Assembly: GCA_963799845.1 (NCBI GenBank)
Contig: CAWCYI010000006.1
Span: 512,001-576,000 of the forward strand
Length of the DNA stretch: 64,000 bases
From: an uncultured Nitrososphaerota archaeon
Lineage (GTDB): Archaea; Thermoproteota; Nitrososphaeria; Nitrososphaerales; CADDZS01
Reading direction: 5' to 3'
The notes beneath the pieces are model-generated. The model saw nothing but the letters and a program-made list of their open reading frames with translations, did no database searches and had not been told where the DNA came from. Below are positions 30,395 through 39,137 of this stretch, in pieces. The translations under genes and the position numbers were made by a program. The stretch's first letter is position 1. Each line of letters starts with the position of its first letter.

Positions 30395-31573
30395 CAGTAG
30401 ATGCGAATCAAGTATGCTTTCCTCTCATGTCAAATGACCCACTCATTATTAGACCGATGAGATAGAGTTTCATTTGGATTACTTTGATCGATACATAGTC
30501 ATTCGGATGGAGTATCTCTCGATCGGCATTGTACATGACCCACGCGTTGTATACAAGACATGCAAAGAGATAGTAAAATAACCTTACAACATAGTTCCTT
30601 GATGTTGTTTTTACCAGGAACTGATTTGACATCCGGTAGCTCGTCTCTATGCCCCAACGATTCTTGAACAATCTCAATACTGTCTCAGCTTTGTAGGGAA
30701 GATTGGTTGCAAACAGGTACTTGTAATCCTTTGATTTGTCGTAGACCACGACCACATCAAATGACGTTTGTTCGGACTTTCTTCTCCTGTGTCCACTAGT
30801 CGTGTATGTGAATCTCCTGCCATTCCAGAGCCTCATTTTCTTTGTGCTGTAGGTCGGAGCCATTCGGACGATGTACTTGAGTCCAGATTCCTCAAGAAAT
30901 CTCAGGAAGCCTGTGCTAAGGAATCCACCGTCAAACACCAAGTATCGAATTCTGATTTCCAGCTCTTCTCGCAGTTTTCGCACAATTTGTTCGGCAGATG
31001 AAGCAAGTTCCGCAGCTGATTCTAACCCTGTAACAGCTACGATCAGTCTTTCCCCATCTACCAGAACAGAAGCTGTAAGATACTTGAACGCATAATTGCT
31101 TCCATCTCGGTGCATGGTTCCGATGACCATCGGTGTTTCTTCATGATCGCCGTAATACATGACATCGTGCAGATCCACCGCTACGGGGACTGGAAGTCGT
31201 AATTTCCGTCGTTTTCGGAGCTTCTTTACATTCATGTCTACCAAATCATCGAAGATTCGTTTGAGCCTCTCTTCTCTTTGTGATTTGATGTACGAAAGAA
31301 GAGTTTCTGCTGTCGGTGATTCGTCTAGAGACTTTGAAACACCTTCTGCAAACCCATTCACCAAGCTTGCAGAAATAAGCAGTTTTAGGTGATCGGCTTT
31401 TGAGTAAATGGCTCTCTCCTTGAGGTCGTATGTTAGCAATCCTGAGATACTTTTCTTCACGAATTCATGCAGCTTTCTTGAATTGACCTTCAATGAATGT
31501 CGGAAAGAAGCCCTAAGGCACGCTGGCCATAATAATTACGGCCGAAAACGCTTGAATTCATTCGCATCTACTG
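30395..31573 (-). mobile_element. ISH3-family insertion sequence
   Basis: perfect 14-bp terminal inverted repeats CAGTAGATGCGAAT (30395-30408 / 31560-31573) around a DDE transposase. Confidence 0.88.
30408..31493 (-). CDS. ISH3/IS4-clan DDE transposase
   Basis: AVDLH, FDGGF, RWGIETSYR motifs. Confidence 0.9.
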   Translation of the reverse strand: MKVNSRKLHEFVKKSISGLLTYDLKERAIYSKADHLKLLISASLVNGFAEGVSKSLDESPTAETLLSYIKSQREERLKRIFDDLVDMNVKKLRKRRKLRLPVPVAVDLHDVMYYGDHEETPMVIGTMHRDGSNYAFKYLTASVLVDGERLIVAVTGLESAAELASSAEQIVRKLREELEIRIRYLVFDGGFLSTGFLRFLEESGLKYIVRMAPTYSTKKMRLWNGRRFTYTTSGHRRRKSEQTSFDVVVVYDKSKDYKYLFATNLPYKAETVLRLFKNRWGIETSYRMSNQFLVKTTSRNYVVRLFYYLFACLVYNAWVMYNADREILHPNDYVSIKVIQMKLYLIGLIMSGSFDMRGKHT

Positions 31574-31643
31574 TAAAGCATGTGGGATTTCCCGCTCGCA
31601 AGTGTTAACGATAGCTGGGAGAGAAGAAGACTATCACGAAAAA

Positions 31644-31774
31644 AGCCTCGGGCGGGATTCGGACCCGCGACCTCGAGAGTACTGAGCCGTCCAAGGTGGA
31701 AAAGCTCATCCTTACCAAGGTCGCGCTAAAGCCATCTGTTTGTCAGACTCTAGCTGAGGCTGAGCTACCGAGGC
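31644..31774 (-). tRNA. tRNA-Thr(GGT) with two non-canonical introns (31728-31749 at ~22/23; 31677-31709 at 40/41)
   Basis: GCCTCGG/CCGAGGC acceptor stem, CGACC-TT-GGT-AA-GGTCG after splicing, BHB-like motifs. Confidence 0.85.
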
Positions 31775-31898
31775 ACTTGAAGGAATGAACCGAAACCTGC
31801 CAGATTCCGTTTAAAATCTTTCTCGGGATGATCTTTCAAATTTTCAGAAATTGTAAAGATTTATCTGAATTGCACAAACTGTCTTTGATCTTCTCAAA

Positions 31899-32728
31899 TT
31901 GAAACTTGTCGACGCGCACATTCACTGTTCTGAGCTGCCCGATGACGAGCTGATCAATTTCGCGAGATTCAACGGTCTAGAATACAATCTCACGGAGCTC
32001 CTCAATCTGATGGAGGAGAACGAAGTGCAGCTCGGGCTGCTCCTCAGCCCTCCAATTAGCGGCGGAATTCCCGCGCCGAACTCCAGGATCATCGAGCTCT
32101 GTCAGAAGAGCAACGACAAATTATTCCCTGTTCTTACAGTTGAACCGCAGGAAGATGAAGTCTTTCTTTCGATAAAGATGGCAAAGGAGAACAAGGGTAC
32201 GTCAAGGGGTTCAAGATCCGGTTGGGCTATGTTGAGGTGTTCCCCGACGATGCGGTCTATGATTCTCTCTACGATTTTGCCGAAGCTGAAAATCTTCCAG
32301 TCATGTTCCACACGGGAGACACTGCTACATCGACCGGGAGCTTGAAGCACTCTCAACCCCTGACACTTGATGCGGTTGCTAACCTGAGGCCCGAACTCAA
32401 AATCGTAATATGCCATTTCGGGAACCCATGGATATCAGACGTGGCGGAATTGATCTACAAGCATCCGAATGTATACGCCGATATTTCGGGACTAGTTGCC
32501 GGCGAGGGAGGACCATACTCCGAGAAGTACAGCGATTCTCTCGCAACCAAACTGAGTGATGCAATCTACTTCGCTGGGGGAGCCGAGAAGGTGATCTTCG
32601 GAACGGACTATCCGGTCGAGACATATTCCGCGGGGTTGAATCTCGTGCGCAAATTAAAGATTGATCCGGAAGACGTAGAGAAAATTTCCTGGAGAAATGC
32701 AATGAGGGTGTTTTTCCCTGACTCTTGA
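31899..32728 (+). CDS. amidohydrolase family protein, frameshifted near 32195
   Basis: DAHIH, FHTGD, CHFGNP, FGTDYP; the two ORFs join if one G is added to AAGGGTAC. Confidence 0.85.
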
Positions 32729-33227
32729 TCAAAATATAGAAATTTACGAGGCCGCGGATCTCGCGGACCGAGAATCTCTTTACCCGATCCTGGAGACCAG
32801 TTTCGACGGATGGTACCTGAGCCACTCGAAGCGAACGCTCCGGGACATTGAGAAAGTTTTTGCAGCGAAGCTCGACGGGAAAAATGTCGGAGTAGTGATG
32901 CTCAAACAGATTGATCCCAAGATTGGCTATGTGTATTACATCGCGGTCTCTTCAGAATTCAGGGGGAAGAAAATTGGCAGTCAGTTGCTCGAGTACTCGC
33001 TCACTTATTTTTCTGATCTGGGAGTTGACGTTGTCTTCGCGAGCCTCACGGTTGAACACGGGGGCGAATCTAGAGCTCTCTTTGAGTCCCACGGATTTAT
33101 CGAGACTAGCTTTGGTCAGGTCTCGAAGAAATACGGGAAACTGCACGCGATCAACATGTACAGAAAAATGCTCGTGGTGTCGGGCGAGCTCGTGGTCTAC
33201 AAAGACCTAACAAAGCGGCTCGGATGA
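32718..33227 (+). CDS. GNAT N-acetyltransferase; start uncertain
   Basis: YYIAVSSEFRGKKIG; the open frame extends 59 codons upstream of the called start. Confidence 0.8.
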   Translation: MTLDQNIEIYEAADLADRESLYPILETSFDGWYLSHSKRTLRDIEKVFAAKLDGKNVGVVMLKQIDPKIGYVYYIAVSSEFRGKKIGSQLLEYSLTYFSDLGVDVVFASLTVEHGGESRALFESHGFIETSFGQVSKKYGKLHAINMYRKMLVVSGELVVYKDLTKRLG

Positions 33228-33237
33228 ATTTAGGGCG

Positions 33238-33783
33238 TTACTGGAAACCAGATGTACCTGGCGTTGGATGGCATCGCATCGAGTTTGCAAGAGAGCGAAA
33301 TATCGTCGAAAGGTCATCGAATTCATCCGCATCTCGCTGCATGCTGTATATCACGTAGTACCTTGATGACTCTGGACAGTGGAAATGGATAGACCATATG
33401 TCCCTCTGGGATACTCCGCGAGACATCATCCCCCTCTGAATCTTGGCGTTTACGTGGGAGAGCAACGCTTTGTGCCCACCGATTTGAAGCTCGTTAAGAT
33501 CTGAGACCTCTATTGAACGAACGTCCGGTCCCTTCTTTACACGCTGTATACCATAGTCGCGATGAGCTTCCAGAGTCTTGAATCTCTTCAGTGCCTCGTC
33601 CAGAGGTCCCCACGATACGAAGAAACGGTTTCCTTGAGGGCTCTGGAAGACGACGTCTGCCTTTTTTCTGGTTCCCTTCGGGTTGAACTCGAATCTCCAG
33701 TCGCCTGGAATCTCCAACTCGATTCCGTACAAGGCAAACTTTTCTTTTCCTACCTTCACGATTTCCTCTTCGGGTGATTCCAA
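33238..33783 (-). CDS. hypothetical protein
   Basis: 181-aa ORF with typical codon usage. Confidence 0.7.
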   Translation of the reverse strand: MESPEEEIVKVGKEKFALYGIELEIPGDWRFEFNPKGTRKKADVVFQSPQGNRFFVSWGPLDEALKRFKTLEAHRDYGIQRVKKGPDVRSIEVSDLNELQIGGHKALLSHVNAKIQRGMMSRGVSQRDIWSIHFHCPESSRYYVIYSMQRDADEFDDLSTIFRSLANSMRCHPTPGTSGFQ

Positions 33784-33995
33784 AAAGATCTCTTCGAACG
33801 GCTGGCATTCTTCTCTAGTTTGTATAAAGCGTTACCTTTTGCCGGCCTGATAGATTCACCAATTCCCGCAAATACTTAGGGATCAGCCAGTTTCTCTCGC
33901 GCGGACTTGTCCCCATAAGTATTTTCAGATTTCAAACTTGTCAGACTCTTGAAAGAGACTGATTAAAGTAATTGCGTTGGGGGACTTGAAATTGA

Positions 33996-34820
33996 TTAAG
34001 CGCTCGCGGGTTTGTCCTTGTCCGATGGGGGTGTTCTCTCGGTCATCGACCTGGAATCGACAACCTCGATGTCCTGCTCAGGCAGCTCGTACCACTTTAC
34101 CTTGTCTCCAACCCTCGCCCGCATCTTCCATCCGAAAGACTTTGGCTCGGCGTCAAGTTTCTTGCGAAGTTCGGCGATCTTCCCCTTGACGATAGCCTGC
34201 TGGTTAGGATCCAACGAATAAGTTGGGAGAGATGACTCGATCCTGTCGAGGTTGAGAGTTAGGGTTCTCTGGAGTCCCCAATCCTGAGAAGCAAGTTTAG
34301 CGATGTGCTTAGCATTGATTTTGTCTGGTTCATCCTTGTCCGCCAAGTCGTGGTCCATGAATAAGGCTATGACATCGCGATATTCTCTCTCCGTAATCTC
34401 GTAGACCTGCAGTTTCGTCAAGAGAAGGTCTGAGAGAGGAAGCGTTAATTTGTCAACCAGCAGGCGGTCGGTAAAATCGAGCTTGTGACTCATCTCGAAC
34501 GTATTGAGAAATATATCGACTCTCCGGTCATTTGCAATGTCGTTGAAAATCAGCCTGCTGTAACCGTTCAGTTTGTTGAAGCGATCCCTCGGGGTGTATC
34601 CCAGTTCTTCGAAGAGCTTTTCAATTTCCTTTCGCTGCTTTCTGAAACCGACAAAATCGATGTCAACGTACCTCCTGCTCAAGTTTGCTTTAACGCTGCT
34701 TGGATTTCGAAGGCGGAACGCCAAACCGCCGAGCAGCCTAAGAGTTACTTTCCGGGACTCTGCTTCTCCGACGATTCTGTTCGCTTCGACAACAACGTCT
34801 TTTTCAGGCAGAATGATCAC
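33996..34820 (-). CDS. nucleotidyltransferase-fold protein
   Basis: LRLLGGLA..DIDF and RVDIF motifs. Confidence 0.7.
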   Translation of the reverse strand: MIILPEKDVVVEANRIVGEAESRKVTLRLLGGLAFRLRNPSSVKANLSRRYVDIDFVGFRKQRKEIEKLFEELGYTPRDRFNKLNGYSRLIFNDIANDRRVDIFLNTFEMSHKLDFTDRLLVDKLTLPLSDLLLTKLQVYEITEREYRDVIALFMDHDLADKDEPDKINAKHIAKLASQDWGLQRTLTLNLDRIESSLPTYSLDPNQQAIVKGKIAELRKKLDAEPKSFGWKMRARVGDKVKWYELPEQDIEVVDSRSMTERTPPSDKDKPASA

Positions 34821-35111
34821 ACTGACCGTTGGTTGCGCATTCAGGAGAAAGAAGCATATTCAACGTTTTGCCTAGTTTCGAACTTGAACACTGGGTTTAC
34901 CGGAAACTCAATGATTTGGGGACCGAATCGCAGAAGTGATTATAAAAATCGGGTCATCCGTGTCGTTAGTTTTTTCAACTAACATGAAAAAATTTGCCTC
35001 CTTTCGAGAAACCGTACATGCCATTGTCAATGCATGTACCGAATCACGAATTCTCCAAAAATTTCGGCATATCTTGATAAGGGCCGTTAGAACGAAACAG
35101 AAATAGAAGAA

Positions 35112-36167
35112 TTGAGAGAGAATACGCTTCATCGCCTACTCGAAGGAATCAGGCGATACGGGCTAGAGAATGTAAGTACTCTTTCGAAGTGGATAGACAT
35201 TCCCATTGAAACTGCCAGGTACATGATCTGGGAAGAACTTCCGAAGTACTGCATCTCCGTCGGCATCACGGTGAACCTGCCACGCATAGGGCTCGGGAGA
35301 TGGATGCTGCACTTCAGGCCAGTCGAAAGATCCTATACTCCCACGATCGAACAGTTTCTGAAGGAAGGAGCAGGCCTCATGTACCTCGGCCGAGTGATGC
35401 CAAACAACTCCAGTTTCGCAACCCTTGGTATACCGTTCGGTGAACACTACAAGCTCCGAGATCAACTTGAACACTTGAGGAACGCGAATATTATCGAGAG
35501 TTATACCCTTAACGAGATAGAATTCTTGCGAAATGTTTCCTTCAATCCCAGTTTCTACAATTTTAGAGCGCGAAAGTGGAATTTCAAATGGGAGGATGTA
35601 GAAAAGTCGAAGGAGTCGCTGCTCGCTCCAGAACCCGCGGAGGAGCAGGCACCAATAGTTGATTACAAGGATATTCTGATTCTGAAGGAACTTCAACAAA
35701 ACGTGCCCAGGACTCTATCGAAGCTCTCCAAGATCATCGATCTCGATCAGCACAATCTACGGTACCACTACAAAACGCACGTCCGTCGCGCCATCAGCGG
35801 ATACTACCTCAAACTAAATCCAAAAGAGTCGCTGGTGACCCATTCAACAATGGTTTTCATGCACGAATTTGGAAACGACAAGGCGTTCAACGAAGGGCGC
35901 TCGGTCGCGTTGAGCATCCCGTTCTCCCAGAGAGTCTGGAAAACTGAGCGATATTATTGCTGGCATGCTTCCTGTCCAGGAGAGTTTTCCAACAGTCTCC
36001 TGAAGTATGTCACGGAAAGATTTTCGAAAGTTTCGGGGAAATTGTTTGTCTTCAGCATTGACTCCGAAACGGAAAACGAAGGCATCATCCCGTACGCATT
36101 ATTCAACGACCGGAACGGTGTCTGGGATTACGAGCCGAAAGTCGCGCTGTCGGTTCTGAAGAAATGA
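35112..36167 (+). CDS. tandem wHTH Lrp/AsnC-like protein
   Basis: two HTH-like segments (LSKWIDIPIETARY; DYKDILILKELQ..LRYHY). Confidence 0.65.
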   Translation: MRENTLHRLLEGIRRYGLENVSTLSKWIDIPIETARYMIWEELPKYCISVGITVNLPRIGLGRWMLHFRPVERSYTPTIEQFLKEGAGLMYLGRVMPNNSSFATLGIPFGEHYKLRDQLEHLRNANIIESYTLNEIEFLRNVSFNPSFYNFRARKWNFKWEDVEKSKESLLAPEPAEEQAPIVDYKDILILKELQQNVPRTLSKLSKIIDLDQHNLRYHYKTHVRRAISGYYLKLNPKESLVTHSTMVFMHEFGNDKAFNEGRSVALSIPFSQRVWKTERYYCWHASCPGEFSNSLLKYVTERFSKVSGKLFVFSIDSETENEGIIPYALFNDRNGVWDYEPKVALSVLKK

Positions 36168-36266
36168 GAGCCTCGTGAGTCGGCCTATAGTGCGCTATTT
36201 ATCGATTGAAAATATAGAGGCCAAGTTTAAGGTCAACGGCAAAAGGCCCCAAACTGTCCTTCGGAT

Positions 36267-36719
36267 TTGAAACAGCGTTTTCGATCAAATAATCAAAGTC
36301 GAATCGAAAGCTTCAGCCATCGATCTTCGAGACTTCCAAGCTCCGGAATATTGATTGTTGAAGAAAATCCGATTTTCTTGAAATGGTACTATGAGTGCCT
36401 ATCCCGTCTAGGTCTTCGGATCTTCGCGACCGAAAATTATCACGAAGCTGCCAATTTTTTCATCGCTTTCCGGCCGGAAATAGTCGTACTTGGGACCTGT
36501 CCGAGCGAGACTCGTCGGTTGAATTTTGCCAGCGAGATAATTCAGTTGGAGCCAGCGTGCAAACTGGTTCTCCTTTCTCCAAGAGCCGAAGATTCATGGA
36601 GAACGGAAAGAATCGGGTTCGACCTAATCCTCTCGACGAGAATTTCTCAAGAAAAATTCGTTGACGGTGTGAGAGCACTTACACACACGAAAAATTTCGT
36701 CGAGATCGTTGCTCGATAG
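36267..36719 (+). CDS. receiver-domain protein lacking the phospho-acceptor Asp
   Basis: ILIVEEN, PEIVVLG, LVLLS receiver topology. Confidence 0.6.
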   Translation: MKQRFRSNNQSRIESFSHRSSRLPSSGILIVEENPIFLKWYYECLSRLGLRIFATENYHEAANFFIAFRPEIVVLGTCPSETRRLNFASEIIQLEPACKLVLLSPRAEDSWRTERIGFDLILSTRISQEKFVDGVRALTHTKNFVEIVAR

Positions 36720-36851
36720 ATTTTTTCGTCAACTTTATCCCGATCGCGATTTCTTTTCTGTTTTTGGCAATTTTTTCTTTTTGAAATTACCAATTAATTT
36801 TTAACGACAGACGCCGGCCTTCATGGGAATCAATCGCGTTTTAGTCGAATT

Positions 36852-38103
36852 TTGAGATCGAGTCACATGGCCAGAGGAGATATTGTAGTGTTGGGGTCTG
36901 GGTTGATGGGGTCGTCCATTGCCATTGATCTCCTCGAAAGCAGCGCGGTCTCCAAAGTAGCTGTTGTGGATTCTAGCGGTGACCGATTGCGAGCTCTGGA
37001 GATGAGAGCGTCCAAGCTGTCGGGTCTGGACCAGACGACCGGTAGAAACCTGAAGCTCGGGGAGAAACTTCAGACAATTGAGCTGGACATCGTGAAGAAG
37101 AGGGAGGAGCTTCAGAGCCTTCTCTCAAAGTTCGAGTTGGGCGTCGGGGCTCTCCCCCACGGGATTGCGGAGGAAGCTGTGAAGACAGCGCTTGAATCTG
37201 GAATTAGTTTCGTAGATCTCATCTATTCCTGGCGACACGACAAATCATCTTCCGTGGACGCCAAAGCAAAACAGAAGGGTGTGACAATCGTCCCTGCGTG
37301 CGGCCTCGCTCCGGGTCTGACCAGCATTCTTGCAAAGTACGCGGCAGATCAGATGGAGGAGGTTGATTCCGTCAAGATCAAGGTGGGTGGAATTCCAGAG
37401 GTACCGAAACAGCCTCTCAATTACAAAGTCGTGTTTTCGATCGAGAGTGTACTTGAAGAGTATGTCAGAGACGCCCTAATCGTGAGGGATGGGAAAAAGA
37501 TAACTGTTCCGGCCCTTTCGGAAGTCGAGGAACTGACTTTCAACGAGTTTCCTGATCAGAAATTTGAAGCATTCATCACTGACGGCCTCTCGACCCTACC
37601 GGAGACGTTGAGGCGAGTAAAGACGATGGAGGAAAAGACGATTCGCTGGAAGGGACACGCAGAGCAGATTCAGACTTTTGATGGACCTCGGATTATTCTC
37701 GGAGAGGCCGGTAAATTTGAAGACCACCGGCAATAGGGTTTCTCCCCGGGCTTTGCTCTCGACGCTTCTCGACAAGAAACTCGCAATGCACCAGGGCGAC
37801 AAGGACATGACTCTGCTCCGGGTGGATGTTCAGGGCAGGAAGAAAAAGGGCGACAAATCGACCCGAATACACCGGTATGGAATGATCGACAAGTTCGATG
37901 TCACAACTCAAAGTACCTCCATGGCTAGAACTACCGCCCACCCCTGTTCGACAGTCGCTCTTATGCTCCTAGAAGGAAAGATTACCGAACGTGGCTTTAT
38001 CCCTCCCGAACTGGCGATCAAAGACGACAGGTTTGACGAATTCATCTCTAGGTTGGAGAGAAAGGGCCTCAACATCAAGGAACAGGAGTTCCTCGCTGAC
38101 TGA
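36852..38103 (+). CDS. saccharopine dehydrogenase/lysine 6-dehydrogenase family, frameshifted near 37677
   Basis: LGSGLMG, CGLAPG, EKTIRW, SMARTTA; removing one T from ACTTTTG joins the two ORFs. Confidence 0.87.
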
Positions 38104-38111
38104 ATTAAGGG

Positions 38112-38429
38112 ATGATTGATACGCTTCAACCTGCGGAATCCTTCAACGCGGATTGGAAACCGGGAGAGATACTTACCATAGTTCGCAAGCTTTCCTTGGG
38201 AGATAAGCGAGAGAAGATTCCGACGACTTTCGTACCCATGGCACCTGAAAAACTGGTCGTCGAGAAAAACATCGATGTGCTCGCGGGCGTGTTTCACATC
38301 ATGTGGGAAGATATGCCTCGCCGGAGGACCTATCGTCTCACAATGGAAGATTTAGTGTCGCCGGATGGGCACTACCTTGGCGCAGATCTGAGGTGTGGCA
38401 GCAGCAGAACCAGTCTGACTGAATCTTGA
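38112..38429 (+). CDS. hypothetical protein
   Basis: 105-aa ORF 8 bp after the preceding stop. Confidence 0.55.
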   Translation: MIDTLQPAESFNADWKPGEILTIVRKLSLGDKREKIPTTFVPMAPEKLVVEKNIDVLAGVFHIMWEDMPRRRTYRLTMEDLVSPDGHYLGADLRCGSSRTSLTES

Positions 38430-38527
38430 TCAGATCTGTGGCTCATTTTTCATCATTCGTTTTCACTTTTCAGAATCAAAATAATTATATCGTGTGAAAA
38501 GACCGAAGTCCGCATCTTCTTCTGATT

Positions 38528-38636
38528 GCCTCGGTAGCTCAGCCTGGCCAGAGCGAAAAACTTCTGATAACCTTCAGTTGATTTGCTCAGTTGCCTTGTA
38601 AGCAATAGGTCGCGGGATCAAATCCCGCCCGAGGCT
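38528..38636 (+). tRNA. tRNA-Thr(TGT) with intron at 27/28 (38557-38590)
   Basis: GCCTCGG/CCGAGGC acceptor stem, ATTGC-CT-TGT-AA-GCAAT after splicing, perfect BHB (GAGC/GCTC helix). Confidence 0.9.
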
Positions 38637-38796
38637 CCTAAACCTACAGTGTACGATTCCTCATGCAAGGAAAATCATCTTTTTGGTAAACGAGACATGA
38701 TATACGCATCGAAGAAAAAATCAAGTCGACATCCGTTTTGAAACCACCTTGAGTATTCGCCAATAATGAAAGAGACCAAGTTTTAGGGGGATGAGA

Positions 38797-39009
38797 TTAC
38801 TTTCTCTTTTCCTTAAGATAAGATTTTCCATAGAATGAAATGGTAAATTTGTCTCCGACTCTGAAGACATATCCCTTTGTTATTAGTTGACTGAGTGTTG
38901 AGCTACACTCTAGTTCAGAGAATTTTGTTAATTCGCTAATTCTTGGAAGCGTAGCACTACCATAAAGATCCAAGACTTTCAAGATTTCAAGCTCGGATTC
39001 AACGTCCAA
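38797..39009 (-). CDS. small winged-helix protein
   Basis: ELEILKVL..TLPRISEL..LSQLITKGYV..FTISFYGKSYL. Confidence 0.75.
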   Translation of the reverse strand: MDVESELEILKVLDLYGSATLPRISELTKFSELECSSTLSQLITKGYVFRVGDKFTISFYGKSYLKEKRK

Positions 39010-39060
39010 TTTTCATTCTGTTACGAATTATCCAGTCAGAAGATAACTCGTTGGATTACA

Positions 39061-39109
39061 AAGTTTCCGAAGTGGTAGGAAGTTTACGAATCATAACAAA
39101 GTTTACGAA
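39061..39109. repeat. three 11-bp direct repeats AAGTTT(C/A)CGAA at 19-bp spacing
   Basis: copies start at 39061, 39080 and 39099 in the wHTH/kaiC divergent gap. Confidence 0.8.
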
Positions 39110-39137
39110 GTAAGCCAATCTCTTAATACTCCAGATC

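Larger units (their letters stand above)
30373..31604 (-). mobile_element. IS200/IS605-like end remnants (RE 30373-30394, LE 31574-31604) flanking ISH3
   Basis: minus strand TTAA|CACTTGCGAGCGGGAAATCCCAC..[ISH3]..GCCGTGGGAGGATGTCAC; hairpin arms and TCAC terminus. Confidence 0.6.
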
